64,000 bases of DNA from positions 32,001-96,000 of IMG/VR virus record IMGVR_UViG_3300040959_000769; one strand, written 5' to 3'. The translations under genes were made by a program, and so were the position numbers. Positions 1 through 8,576 of this stretch are shown here, piece by piece; positions within the stretch are counted from its first letter, which is position 1; each line of letters begins with the position of its first letter. A model generated the notes under the pieces. The model saw only the letters and a program-made list of their open reading frames with translations. It was not told the origin of the DNA and ran no database searches. This stretch comes from a virus.

Positions 1-98
1 CCCCAGAACAAAGCTGGACGGACACGGTGGTGACGGCAAGCGGCGATCTTTCTTTCGAGGAGGGTCGCCGTTAGTCGTTCTCGGCTACACTCGATTCC

Positions 99-308
99 AT
101 GTCCACTACTGAACCTTGCCTCAAGTGCGGAAGCCCCGTGAACCTAAATGAAGCCCGTCACATCCACAAAGTCACCGGGTACTGGGAAGTCGACGGAAAA
201 GGACGCCCCAAGAAGCTGATTTCACGCATAGAAGCAGTCGGCGGGGCTTACCACTGGTGGTGCTGGCGTGCCGACCAGGGGTTCGGCGAGCAGCAGTCAA
301 TGTTTTAG
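99..308 (+). CDS. hypothetical protein (69 aa, CxxC)
   Basis: ORF track; phage-like small Cys/His/Trp protein; no family recognised. Confidence 0.5.
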   Translation: MSTTEPCLKCGSPVNLNEARHIHKVTGYWEVDGKGRPKKLISRIEAVGGAYHWWCWRADQGFGEQQSMF

Positions 309-325
309 CCCAACGGGGCTCGCGG

Positions 326-544
326 CTACCGTCGCGGGATGGACCCCCATTTGTTGATCGGGCAGCTCTCGTCTGGTACTCGAGTTTTAGCGGGGAGATA
401 GCAGCGGCATACCCCGCATTGCTGAGATTTGGGTGAGTAGTGGGGGCATGACTCGCAGATGGTGAGTCGGAGCGCACGGGTTTGCCTGTCGGTTGATCCG
501 ATACCGAAGATGGGTGCGAGGTGAGCGAAGGGGAACCTAGACAT
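326..544 (-). CDS. small Cys-rich protein, DUF6171-like
   Basis: R-x-x-ICxxC...CxxCxC...K...CP-x-x-KW pattern (RLTICESC...CGVCRC...KTRVPDESCPINKW). Confidence 0.65.
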   Translation of the reverse strand: MSRFPFAHLAPIFGIGSTDRQTRALRLTICESCPHYSPKSQQCGVCRCYLPAKTRVPDESCPINKWGSIPRR

Positions 545-555
545 GGGTACATAGT

Positions 556-590
556 AAAGGGGGCTCCGCCGTTCAGACGGAACCCCCTTC
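556..590. terminator. hairpin, probable intrinsic terminator
   Basis: AAGGGGG...CCCCCTT inverted repeat in the intergenic gap below ORF 614-931. Confidence 0.45.
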
Positions 591-613
591 TAGGTGTTGG
601 GTGGGTTTATTGG

Positions 614-931
614 TTATGCGTCTACCGGCAGTCCTCGCATCACACATAGGTATGCAGCGATGAGGTGTCGGTCTGCGCTTTTGGTGGTCTTCTCACCTGT
701 TGCGTGGTCCAGGGCATCACATGCGGTTCGTACCATCTCGTAGGCGATGTCGTTGGGGTCAATGGCGTTGTTCTCTACCGCATCCTCAAAGATGAGGTTC
801 AGGTTTGACGCTCCGGCAAGGCACTCCTCGAGGGTTCGCATCTTCTTGTCGGTGTTGTTGTGTCGTTGCTCTGCTTTCGCAACGATGTCAAAAATGTCGG
901 ACTGGGGTTCTGTAGTAGGTGTTTCATCCAT
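614..931 (-). CDS. hypothetical protein, probably leaderless
   Basis: ORF track 614-940; ATG at 931 lies 7 nt below a TAGGAT -10 box. Confidence 0.7.
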   Translation of the reverse strand: MDETPTTEPQSDIFDIVAKAEQRHNNTDKKMRTLEECLAGASNLNLIFEDAVENNAIDPNDIAYEMVRTACDALDHATGEKTTKSADRHLIAAYLCVMRGLPVDA

Positions 932-938
932 AGGTGTC

Positions 939-968
939 ATCCTAATCTATCCGTTTCAGAGATGTCAA
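939..968 (-). promoter_or_regulatory. sigma70/SigA-type promoter
   Basis: minus strand TTGACA-N18-TAGGAT. Confidence 0.7.
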
Positions 969-1055
969 CTCTTTCTTACTTCTTGCCCATCATCATGGTG
1001 ACAATCAGATAGACCAGCCCCATGCCAAGAAAGGCGTTCACCGCCACTTGGAGAA

Positions 1056-1553
1056 TCAGTACCATGCCATCGCTCCTTCACATTGGTCGGCAGTCCACGC
1101 GAGCCAATCTCGCAGATACCAATACTGTCCGGCGACGTTCTCGCCCTCCCAGATGATCCGGGTCTCACGTTCACCAGTCACGGCATCCTTCATGGCGTGA
1201 TCCATATCGTATGCCAACTTTCGAAGCGTGTCGGGAGCGATCTCGCCTTCTTCATCTCCGTACAGTAGTTCGGGGTTGCCGATCCCCAACGATGAGAGCA
1301 TGGCGTAGGCGTACTTCCCCCGATACCAGCATGACGTTCCGAAGATGCCTCCAACGGATTCTGCTCGTCGCTCACCCAGGTCCTTGTACCAAGGGCAACC
1401 GCAAGCATCCTGTGTTGCTTGGCAGTCAATCTGGTCGTGGGTGTCGCCGTCTTCATCAACGAAGACGTTGCCGTCACGATCTTTCATCTTGACAATGACT
1501 GCGGTGCCGTGCGTCTGGCAGGGATAGTTCTTAGGGATGTTGTCTAGACCCAT
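1056..1553 (-). CDS. hypothetical phage protein (165 aa)
   Basis: ORF with GAGAGGA RBS and upstream promoter. Confidence 0.8.
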   Translation of the reverse strand: MGLDNIPKNYPCQTHGTAVIVKMKDRDGNVFVDEDGDTHDQIDCQATQDACGCPWYKDLGERRAESVGGIFGTSCWYRGKYAYAMLSSLGIGNPELLYGDEEGEIAPDTLRKLAYDMDHAMKDAVTGERETRIIWEGENVAGQYWYLRDWLAWTADQCEGAMAWY

Positions 1554-1560
1554 GTCGGGC

Positions 1561-1614
1561 TCCTCTCAGTAGTAGGTGTGAAACATCCTAGTACCTGTGT
1601 CAAGGGGTTCGCAA
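1561..1614 (-). promoter_or_regulatory. early-type promoter with conserved CACACCTACTAC leader
   Basis: minus strand TTGCGA-N18-TAGGAT-GTTT-CACACCTACTACTGAGAGGA. Confidence 0.65.
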
Positions 1615-1690
1615 CTTTGTTCTCCGCAAATCTAAACAGCACCAGAAATAGGCTCCAAACACGATTCTACGAAAAAAATCTTTCGGCTCG

Positions 1691-1713
1691 AAACCCTTAT
1701 GGCGTAAGGGTTT
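1691..1713. repeat. perfect inverted repeat between divergent promoters
   Basis: AAACCCTTA-TGGCG-TAAGGGTTT. Confidence 0.85.
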
Positions 1714-1748
1714 TAGCCCAGAGCTCAGGTTTTGTTCAGATTTAGGGG

Positions 1749-1777
1749 TTGTCAACGCAACACCCATCCATTAGTGT
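1749..1777 (+). promoter_or_regulatory. sigma70-type promoter
   Basis: TTGTCA-N17-TAGTGT, followed by a GCGAGTC/GACTCGC leader hairpin (1790-1808) and a GAGGAAAGGAAGG RBS. Confidence 0.55.
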
Positions 1778-1830
1778 TCATGTCAACAAGCGAGTCACCC
1801 CGACTCGCAAGTGAGGAAAGGAAGGAAACC

Positions 1831-2226
1831 ATGAACCTCACACAAGCAACCAAGACATACCTCGCAGCCAAGCAGGCAGCAGAGGAAGCGGACAAGGCGA
1901 AGAAGATCGCCGAGACCCAGATGAAGGCAGCGTTCGCCGAAGCCGGAATCACCTACAACGTCGTTGACGGTCAGAAGGTGTCGGTCAACTCCAAGGGTCG
2001 TCGCAACGTAGACGTTGCCACCCTCGCCCAGATGATCGGCAAGAGCCTCCTCGCCAAGGTGACCAAGCCTGCCATTGACGCAAAGGCATTTGATGCAGCC
2101 GTCACCATCGGCAAGATCACTCCCGAGGTTGCCGAAGCCGTAACCAAGATCACCGAGTACGACGAGGTTCGGGTCACCAACCTCGCCACCGAGACCGAGG
2201 GGATCGCCACCACAAAGGTGGCGTGA
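1831..2226 (+). CDS. hypothetical phage protein (131 aa; helical N-terminus, possibly Gam/Gp157-like)
   Basis: strong RBS before ATG 1831; C-ending codon bias; family guess is weak. Confidence 0.8.
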   Translation: MNLTQATKTYLAAKQAAEEADKAKKIAETQMKAAFAEAGITYNVVDGQKVSVNSKGRRNVDVATLAQMIGKSLLAKVTKPAIDAKAFDAAVTIGKITPEVAEAVTKITEYDEVRVTNLATETEGIATTKVA

Positions 2227-2267
2227 CCCTACGGTAACCACCCATCGCTCAAAGGAAGGAAACTGCG

Positions 2268-2990
2268 ATGACAAACGAAACCCAGACCCCCGACTGCTGG
2301 AAGAACGTCGAAGACGTACTCGCTTCCGGTGTTGACCGACTCATCCTCTACGGACCCCCCGGAACCGGCAAGACATACGCCGGACTCAACTACGGTGATG
2401 TCTCCCGAGGTGCCTACCGCATCATCTGCAACGAAGACATGACCGCAGCCGACGTAACCGGATACATGAAGCCTATGGGCGAAGGTGTCTGGAAGTGGAT
2501 TGACGGTCAAGCGATCAAGGCATGGGAAGGCGACGGCTTCAACGGCGGTCGCATCGTTGCCGACGAGATTGACCGAGCCTCTGGTGACGTTCTGTCGCTG
2601 CTACTCGCCATGTTTGACTCACCCGAGTCCGCAACATGGGAACACCCTGACAGCGGTCGTATCGTGCGACCCCGAGAAGGCTTCTCAGTCGTCATGACCA
2701 CAAACGTGGAAGACATGCGAGAACTACCTACCGCTCTCCGAGATCGGTTCCCTGTCGCTCTCCGCATTGACCAGCCCCACCCCGAAGCACTCAAGGTTCT
2801 CTCACACGACCTGCGTAGTGCTGCTGCTGCAAGCGCAGATGCCGACCGAAGCCGACGGTTCTCCATCCGAGCCTTCATGGAGTTTGACAAACTGCGGAAA
2901 GGCATCGAAGCCGACCGTGCAGCCAAGATCATTTTCGGCAAGCACGCCGACGACATCATGGATGCGATCAAGGTGGAGGCTCTGGCATGA
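2268..2990 (+). CDS. MoxR/CbbQ/CobS-like AAA+ ATPase
   Basis: Walker A GPPGTGKT, Walker B IVADEIDR, VVMTTN sensor, ALRDRF arginine finger. Confidence 0.9.
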   Translation: MTNETQTPDCWKNVEDVLASGVDRLILYGPPGTGKTYAGLNYGDVSRGAYRIICNEDMTAADVTGYMKPMGEGVWKWIDGQAIKAWEGDGFNGGRIVADEIDRASGDVLSLLLAMFDSPESATWEHPDSGRIVRPREGFSVVMTTNVEDMRELPTALRDRFPVALRIDQPHPEALKVLSHDLRSAAAASADADRSRRFSIRAFMEFDKLRKGIEADRAAKIIFGKHADDIMDAIKVEALA

Positions 2991-4405
2991 CCGCCGGAGC
3001 CCCCACCAAACACGCAGCATTTCCCGAGTGGCTGACCAGACAAGACGACGATCCGACAGCATGGAGCGTTGACGAAGGAACTGGCAACCGAGGCGACGCC
3101 TGGACCAATCTCCAAGAACACAAAATGCGTGTTCCGATGGGAGACGACGAGATCAGCCGAGCGGTTCGGGCGCACGAAATGGTGCATGCCAAAGTGTCAC
3201 CCAAACAAATCTCTGCAAAATACGCCGAGTCCCTGGGGGTAACTCTTCAAGACTTGACGGTGGCGGAAGAGTTCCGAGTCAACATGCTTGCATCCGAAGC
3301 CGGATTCGACATGGACAACCTCCGAGACGGATCAGAAGTACTTTCAGGTGAGATCGCTGGAAAGAACACGAACTGGAACGGAGCGGTTCAGTCCGTTGCA
3401 GCGATGGCAGGCACAAAGGCATGCAACGACTTCATCCGAGGCGTAGGCAAACACAACAAAGAGATGGCTGACTCGCTGCGTGGTGTGCAAGCAGAACTGA
3501 AAAAGCTCTGGCGTAAAGACCTGAAAGAAGGCAACACCGTCAAGATCGGAAGCACCAAGCCCATCGAACTTGAGGCTGAGTGGGAGAAAACCGAAGTCAC
3601 CAAGGGCTTCCATCGGTACACAACGAAGTACGCCAAGTACATCCGTAGTGTTCAGATTCACGAAAGCGAAGATGGCGAACCCGACGACGAAGAGCAGAGA
3701 ATCCCGAGCAAAAGCGATGTCAAGTCGTCAAGCAAGCGTGGGGAGTTCGCTCGCCTCATTGAGTTGCGCCTACCGAAACCTAAGAAGGTTGACGGTCGCA
3801 TCGGTCGCAAGCGTGTACCCACCGACATCGGAAGAAACCCCCGGCGCATCAACCGGCTCCTCACCGACCCTGACAAGCGCATCTTTGACAAGCGAGTCAA
3901 GGGCAAAGGCGGTGTGGTGCTTATTGACCAGTCGGGCTCAATGTCGCTCAGCGACAGAGACATCTGGAACATGATCGAACATGCCCCCGGATGCGTCATC
4001 ATTGGGTACAGCCACCGACCGGGATCAAAGGACATGCCGAATGTCTGGGTTATCGCAGATCGTGGTCAAGTTGCCGAAGAAGTGCCTCGCAGCAACAGCG
4101 GTAACGGTGTGGATGGTCCTGCCATCCGTTTCGCAGCGAAAAAACTACGCACCGGAGAGCCGTTCATCTGGGTATGTGACGGAACAGTCACCGACGGAGC
4201 CTCAGACCATATTTACGCAAATCTGTACAAAGAATGCGCTGAACTGGTAATCAAACATCGCATCCACGTTGTGCCGGATGTAGACGAAGCCGTGCATGCA
4301 CTCAAAAAGGCATCGCGAGGCGAACGCCTAAACATGCGATGCGACACCCGAGATCACACGTTACGAACGGCAGTCCGCAACATCGCCAGCCAGCGAGACA
4401 TCTGA
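2987..4405 (+). CDS. vWA-domain protein with N-terminal HExxH metallopeptidase-like motif
   Basis: HEMVH motif; MIDAS DQSGSMS; ATGA overlap with the AAA+ gene. Confidence 0.85.
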   Translation: MTAGAPTKHAAFPEWLTRQDDDPTAWSVDEGTGNRGDAWTNLQEHKMRVPMGDDEISRAVRAHEMVHAKVSPKQISAKYAESLGVTLQDLTVAEEFRVNMLASEAGFDMDNLRDGSEVLSGEIAGKNTNWNGAVQSVAAMAGTKACNDFIRGVGKHNKEMADSLRGVQAELKKLWRKDLKEGNTVKIGSTKPIELEAEWEKTEVTKGFHRYTTKYAKYIRSVQIHESEDGEPDDEEQRIPSKSDVKSSSKRGEFARLIELRLPKPKKVDGRIGRKRVPTDIGRNPRRINRLLTDPDKRIFDKRVKGKGGVVLIDQSGSMSLSDRDIWNMIEHAPGCVIIGYSHRPGSKDMPNVWVIADRGQVAEEVPRSNSGNGVDGPAIRFAAKKLRTGEPFIWVCDGTVTDGASDHIYANLYKECAELVIKHRIHVVPDVDEAVHALKKASRGERLNMRCDTRDHTLRTAVRNIASQRDI

Positions 4406-4451
4406 CAAGTCTGGGGGAAGGGGACTTCCTTCCCTCCTTCCCTCAACAGAA

Positions 4452-4483
4452 GGAACCTCGAACCGCAAGGTTCGGGGTTCTTT
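4452..4483 (+). terminator. intrinsic terminator (possibly bidirectional)
   Basis: GAACCTCGAACC-GCAA-GGTTCGGGGTTC-TTT between convergent genes. Confidence 0.8.
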
Positions 4484-4488
4484 CGCGT

Positions 4489-4719
4489 TCACCCAGAGTT
4501 CTTAGTGTTTGTCCACGCAGTCTTGTCCATGATTCGCCACGCCACATAGCCAAGACCGATCCACATGCACTCCTGCCACGACAGAGAGAGCGAATCCACC
4601 CGTCGTGCCACGAACCACAGCACAGCAGCATCGAACGCTGCAACCAGGACCAAGCCGATTACTCCCAGTACGAGCAACCCGATGTTCTTTGCTGGATCGT
4701 TGTTCTCCATCTCAGACAC
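4489..4719 (-). CDS. small membrane protein
   Basis: two hydrophobic segments in 76 aa. Confidence 0.7.
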   Translation of the reverse strand: MSEMENNDPAKNIGLLVLGVIGLVLVAAFDAAVLWFVARRVDSLSLSWQECMWIGLGYVAWRIMDKTAWTNTKNSG

Positions 4720-4927
4720 TCCTATCTTCCGCAGGTGACTGAAGCAGTTTAGCCATCTGCTCCTGCCGCCAGTCCGGATGGTCGTCAGCGATAACCGCCG
4801 CAGCCAACCTGACTGTCTCTGCCATCTCTTGATACAGCAGCCGCTCGAGCTTGTCCGCCGCAGCTAATAGATTTAGAAGAGAAACTCCAGGCTCCTCAAT
4901 GGGTGATTCAGATTTATCCGTGTCCAA
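4712..4927 (-). CDS. hypothetical protein (start uncertain, TTG at 4927 assumed)
   Basis: 3' part of ORF 4712-5101 has protein-like composition; overlaps the next gene's start. Confidence 0.5.
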   Translation of the reverse strand: MDTDKSESPIEEPGVSLLNLLAAADKLERLLYQEMAETVRLAAAVIADDHPDWRQEQMAKLLQSPAEDRSV

Positions 4928-4966
4928 GGTCAGTAGCCCCGTTCTTTCTTTTTCTCTGCGGGACTT

Positions 4967-5119
4967 CCGAGCTTCTACTTCGTACGGTGGTGGAAGAGCT
5001 CGGGTTGGCCCTTTGGTTTGGGTGCCCCCGCCGAGCGAAAGGAGGAAACTCTCGACGGGGGCGGAACCCTGTTGCCGAGTCCGCAACGGTCCGACCCGCA
5101 CGGCGCAACAAACCCGAGC
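4967..5119 (-). ncRNA. candidate structured RNA / leader
   Basis: 12-bp stem 5024-5035/5051-5062 (G-U pair only on minus strand), 9-bp long-range pair 4998-5006/5111-5119, alternative pair 4967-4973/4997-5003. Confidence 0.4.
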
Positions 5120-5181
5120 GTACTACATCGGTGTCATTTGTCGGGGTGAATCATTTTCAGAAAGATTTTTCCGATTAGGGG

Positions 5182-5232
5182 TTGACATCGCCTGTCACAT
5201 CATTAGAATAAATCACACCTACTAAAGAAAGG
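5182..5232 (+). promoter_or_regulatory. early-type promoter with conserved leader
   Basis: TTGACA-N16-TAGAAT-AAAT-CACACCTACTAAAGAAAGG. Confidence 0.8.
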
Positions 5233-5241
5233 GGCACCCAA

Positions 5242-5613
5242 ATGGGAGCACGAGCCACTATCAGAATCATCCATCCCACTAGCGACACACCCATCCACCT
5301 CTACACGCATTGGCGTGGCGACGACATTCTTGAGATCCTCGCCGAGGGAATCAGTCGAGCAGATATGGCGGGCAGACTCAGTGACTACTCGTATGCGACT
5401 CGCATCATCTTTGACACACTCACGATGTGTGATGGTGGCGAGACAGGGTTCGGTATCTGTATCGGTGACGAGGGTGAGCCTGGTGACCTGAACTACGACA
5501 CCCCCACGTTGGCGTGGCTACCTAGTGGAACCGTTGAGGTCTACTACAACTCTCTAGTGGTGGATGCCACAGACTTTGTGGAGATGGTCAAGAAATCCTT
5601 GACAGACGCATAA
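5242..5613 (+). CDS. hypothetical phage protein (LYxHW motif family)
   Basis: MGxRxxI...LYTHWRG pattern common in phage early genes; RBS present. Confidence 0.85.
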   Translation: MGARATIRIIHPTSDTPIHLYTHWRGDDILEILAEGISRADMAGRLSDYSYATRIIFDTLTMCDGGETGFGICIGDEGEPGDLNYDTPTLAWLPSGTVEVYYNSLVVDATDFVEMVKKSLTDA

Positions 5614-5650
5614 CGTCACCACTAAGATGAATCTCACCTACTACAGAAAG
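5599..5650 (+). promoter_or_regulatory. early-type promoter with conserved leader
   Basis: TTGACA-N18-TAAGAT-GAAT-CTCACCTACTACAGAAAG. Confidence 0.8.
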
Positions 5651-5658
5651 AACATCTG

Positions 5659-5856
5659 ATGACAACCCTCATTGACGTTGACATTGACAACTGGGAAGGA
5701 ACCTTCCCTGCACGACATGACCTCGTTATCCATGAACGGGGAGAAAACCCCGAAGACGGAATGGTTCTGTACGGCTTTGACGAAATCGGTTTGTTTGACC
5801 ACGAGTTCAGCAAGCCCGCCTACTCATTCGTACCCGACACATTGGAGGACAACTGA
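5659..5856 (+). CDS. hypothetical protein
   Basis: ORF directly below promoter/leader. Confidence 0.75.
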   Translation: MTTLIDVDIDNWEGTFPARHDLVIHERGENPEDGMVLYGFDEIGLFDHEFSKPAYSFVPDTLEDN

Positions 5857-5857
5857 C

Positions 5858-6100
5858 ATGGAAATAACCCAAACCGAGCAAGACCAGTTTCATTTGTTCA
5901 GCGACCACGACGAGACGATGAACATTGACGTCAATCTTCATCTCGATGATGGCGCTGATGGCAACGTCAATGTCGTTCTTTATCAGAAGGTGAAGAGCGG
6001 TGACGACTACGGGTTCATATCGGACGACGGGGATGTGATCGGGGTTATCCGTGTTCCGTATTCACTTATCAAGCAAACCATCAACAAGGAGTACAACTGA
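5858..6100 (+). CDS. hypothetical protein
   Basis: GGAGG RBS, ATG immediately after the previous stop. Confidence 0.75.
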   Translation: MEITQTEQDQFHLFSDHDETMNIDVNLHLDDGADGNVNVVLYQKVKSGDDYGFISDDGDVIGVIRVPYSLIKQTINKEYN

Positions 6101-6101
6101 C

Positions 6102-6482
6102 ATGGGAGCAGACTTCATTCTCGCAATCGTCGAGAAACCTCAGGAAGAAGATAAGGAGTTGTGGCGAACTCGTATCGCCGCACTCACCGTGACCGACATG
6201 GAGCAACTTGATGCCGACTGCTGTCCTCTTGTTCCGACTGAGTTTGACCTCAGCGAAACCGACAAACCTGAGGCGCTCATACGAGAGTTCGCCGATGACC
6301 TCGTTGACACAATCTACGAACTGTCATGGACCCATCCCGGACGAGAAGCCACTTGGCTAAATCTGGGAGATGAGTCCTACATCGCTTCGGGTGGAATGTC
6401 GTGGGGAGACTCGCCGACCGACACCTACGACTACATCATTGCATGGGATGTGGTCACCGAACTTCTCATAGACAGACCTTGA
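6102..6482 (+). CDS. hypothetical protein
   Basis: AAGGAG RBS, ATG 6102. Confidence 0.8.
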   Translation: MGADFILAIVEKPQEEDKELWRTRIAALTVTDMEQLDADCCPLVPTEFDLSETDKPEALIREFADDLVDTIYELSWTHPGREATWLNLGDESYIASGGMSWGDSPTDTYDYIIAWDVVTELLIDRP

Positions 6483-6489
6483 CAAAGAC

Positions 6490-6545
6490 TTGACAGACGT
6501 AAACCAATCCACTAGATTTATTCACACCTACTACAGAAAGGGGGC
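6490..6545 (+). promoter_or_regulatory. early-type promoter with conserved leader
   Basis: TTGACA-N17-TAGATT-TATT-CACACCTACTACAGAAAGGGG. Confidence 0.85.
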
Positions 6546-6549
6546 AGAG

Positions 6550-6819
6550 ATGCCCACTACCAAGACAACCAACCAAATGAAGAAAGAGTGGGGCGAGCGA
6601 GCAAGCAAGCACCTGAAGGGGAAGGTCATCGCCGAAGTGCGATACCTCACCGAAGAAGAAGCCAAGAGCCTGCTCTGGTTCCACTCCACACTCGCCATCT
6701 TCTTCACCGACGGCTCATACATCTTCCCGAGCCGAGATGACGAAGGCAACGACGCTGGAGCGTTGTTCACCTCATTTGAGGACTTGGACACCATCCCCGT
6801 CATTCAGGAAGGGTGGTGA
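6550..6819 (+). CDS. hypothetical phage protein
   Basis: ORF below promoter; ...SRDDEGNDAGALFT motif seen in phage hypothetical proteins. Confidence 0.8.
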   Translation: MPTTKTTNQMKKEWGERASKHLKGKVIAEVRYLTEEEAKSLLWFHSTLAIFFTDGSYIFPSRDDEGNDAGALFTSFEDLDTIPVIQEGW

Positions 6820-6824
6820 GCGAC

Positions 6825-7154
6825 ATGGCTGAGTACGCCACCATCGAAATCGGGAACGCCACCTACATCATGGACGAAAAGAGAGCCATGCGGATGTTCC
6901 ATGAGTTCTGTCACCACTTTGGATGGGTTGGCACGTTCATCACAGAACACGATGTGCGAGAGTCAATCCAGTCTCGGCGAGAAGCCGACGACTTGGAACC
7001 CTTCACCGAAGAGGAGCTCAGCGAGGCTACTCGCAAGGTGACGAGCACGAAGTCGTACCAAGACAATGTTGTCGCATGGATGCAAGAAGAAGGCTGGGAA
7101 ATCATTCACAGCATCATCCACGACGAAGTTGAGTCCGCTCTCTCTACGAGTTGA
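6825..7154 (+). CDS. hypothetical protein
   Basis: ORF track; operon-like spacing. Confidence 0.75.
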   Translation: MAEYATIEIGNATYIMDEKRAMRMFHEFCHHFGWVGTFITEHDVRESIQSRREADDLEPFTEEELSEATRKVTSTKSYQDNVVAWMQEEGWEIIHSIIHDEVESALSTS

Positions 7155-7203
7155 CATACATAAATCAAACCACTATCATCTTTCACACCTACTACAAGAA
7201 AGA
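7151..7203 (+). promoter_or_regulatory. early-type promoter with conserved leader
   Basis: TTGACA-N17-TATCAT-CTTT-CACACCTACTACAAGAAAG. Confidence 0.85.
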
Positions 7204-7211
7204 GACACGCC

Positions 7212-7886
7212 ATGCCTAACTGGTGCTACAACAACTTGACCATTGACGGAACCCGAGAGAACATCAGCGAGTTCCTCACCGCCATCACCAGCGACCTGCC
7301 CGAGGGCGGGTTCGACCTCACCATTCCTTTCCCCTGCCCTGAAGAACTGCAAATCACTGCACGATTCCTCACGCCGGACGACAGCAACGACGACGAAGAG
7401 ACAAAGGCGCTCCGTCAGCAGTACACAACCAACAAGGAAAAGTACGGCGCTACCAACTGGTACGACTGGCAGATTGAGAACTGGGGAACCAAATGGTCAC
7501 CCGACATTGACGACCTTGATGTTCAGGATGACGGCAAACGTATCTGGGCACGTTTTGATTCGGCATGGGCACCGCCCTCACAACTCATCCAGAAACTGTC
7601 AGGACTGTTCCCCACCCTACAGTTCGTAATCTCCTACGAAGAAGGCGGAATGTGTTTCGCCGGAGCCGAAGGTTTCTACGCCGGAGAGATGGTTTACAAC
7701 GGTTACTTCCAGTACGACTCCATCCCCATTCTCAACGTCATTCAGGAAAAACTCGACAACCTTCCTGAGGGCACAGAAGAAGACGACGTATGGGACGAAT
7801 ACAACGAAGCCCTCCGTACCATCATTGACCAACGGTGGGATGAAGCGGACTGCGTTGTCGCAGAGAAAGCGAAGGCAACACTATGA
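7212..7886 (+). CDS. DUF1281/YubB-like ferredoxin-fold protein
   Basis: MPNWCYN start, P-C-P-E-E-L, WYDWQIENWGTKW, FDSAWAPP motifs. Confidence 0.8.
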   Translation: MPNWCYNNLTIDGTRENISEFLTAITSDLPEGGFDLTIPFPCPEELQITARFLTPDDSNDDEETKALRQQYTTNKEKYGATNWYDWQIENWGTKWSPDIDDLDVQDDGKRIWARFDSAWAPPSQLIQKLSGLFPTLQFVISYEEGGMCFAGAEGFYAGEMVYNGYFQYDSIPILNVIQEKLDNLPEGTEEDDVWDEYNEALRTIIDQRWDEADCVVAEKAKATL

Positions 7887-8122
7887 CCACGGCATACACC
7901 ACCCGAGTCCACACATCTCCCTGCCCTATCTGTAGGGAGACAAGCATCGTTCACGCCCCCTCAGACGGCGTGGAACGCTACAAGAAAGGGGAATACATCC
8001 AAGATGCTTTCCCCACCCTCAGCATCGCTGACCGTGAACTCATCATGACCGGCACTCACCAAGAGTGCTGGGACTTGATGGTTGGAACCGAAGAACAGGA
8101 GAACGAAGAGGCAACATCATGA
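7883..8122 (+). CDS. hypothetical zinc-binding phage protein
   Basis: CPIC...IQDAFPTLS...RELIMTGTHQECW pattern. Confidence 0.75.
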   Translation: MTTAYTTRVHTSPCPICRETSIVHAPSDGVERYKKGEYIQDAFPTLSIADRELIMTGTHQECWDLMVGTEEQENEEATS

Positions 8123-8301
8123 GCAAACTTCTCTACCACACCGGCACAGACACCTACTTCGGTCTAGACGACGACGTAGTAGTCATTGACCTGGACCACT
8201 GCTCAGAAGACGACATAGCCGACTTGTACGAGCAAGAGAACCCGAACGGGGTGCTCCGGCATGCCCGACACATCCACGCAATCATTGAGGAACAGGAATG
8301 A
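8119..8301 (+). CDS. hypothetical protein
   Basis: GAGG RBS, ATGA overlap. Confidence 0.7.
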   Translation: MSKLLYHTGTDTYFGLDDDVVVIDLDHCSEDDIADLYEQENPNGVLRHARHIHAIIEEQE

Positions 8302-8570
8302 TGCTGTCCAAAACAACGCCTATCGTCTACTGGGTCTCTGACCGTTTCGACAACGAATACCAAGTCAAGGCTCGGGTTACAGAAGACTTACTTATTGCGT
8401 ACACAATCACCGACAAGACAGGCTCCCCTACGGGGGCCACGTCCATACACGCCGACTTCTACCGGCAACGTCCCAACGTCGCCACGCAAGACTGGCAGGA
8501 CGACCTGACGTCGCTCCTCCAGAACCTACAGAACGTCACCGTCATATCAGCGGAGACACCGAAGGACTGA
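8298..8570 (+). CDS. hypothetical protein
   Basis: ATGA overlap, RBS. Confidence 0.7.
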   Translation: MMLSKTTPIVYWVSDRFDNEYQVKARVTEDLLIAYTITDKTGSPTGATSIHADFYRQRPNVATQDWQDDLTSLLQNLQNVTVISAETPKD

Positions 8571-8576
8571 TTCACC

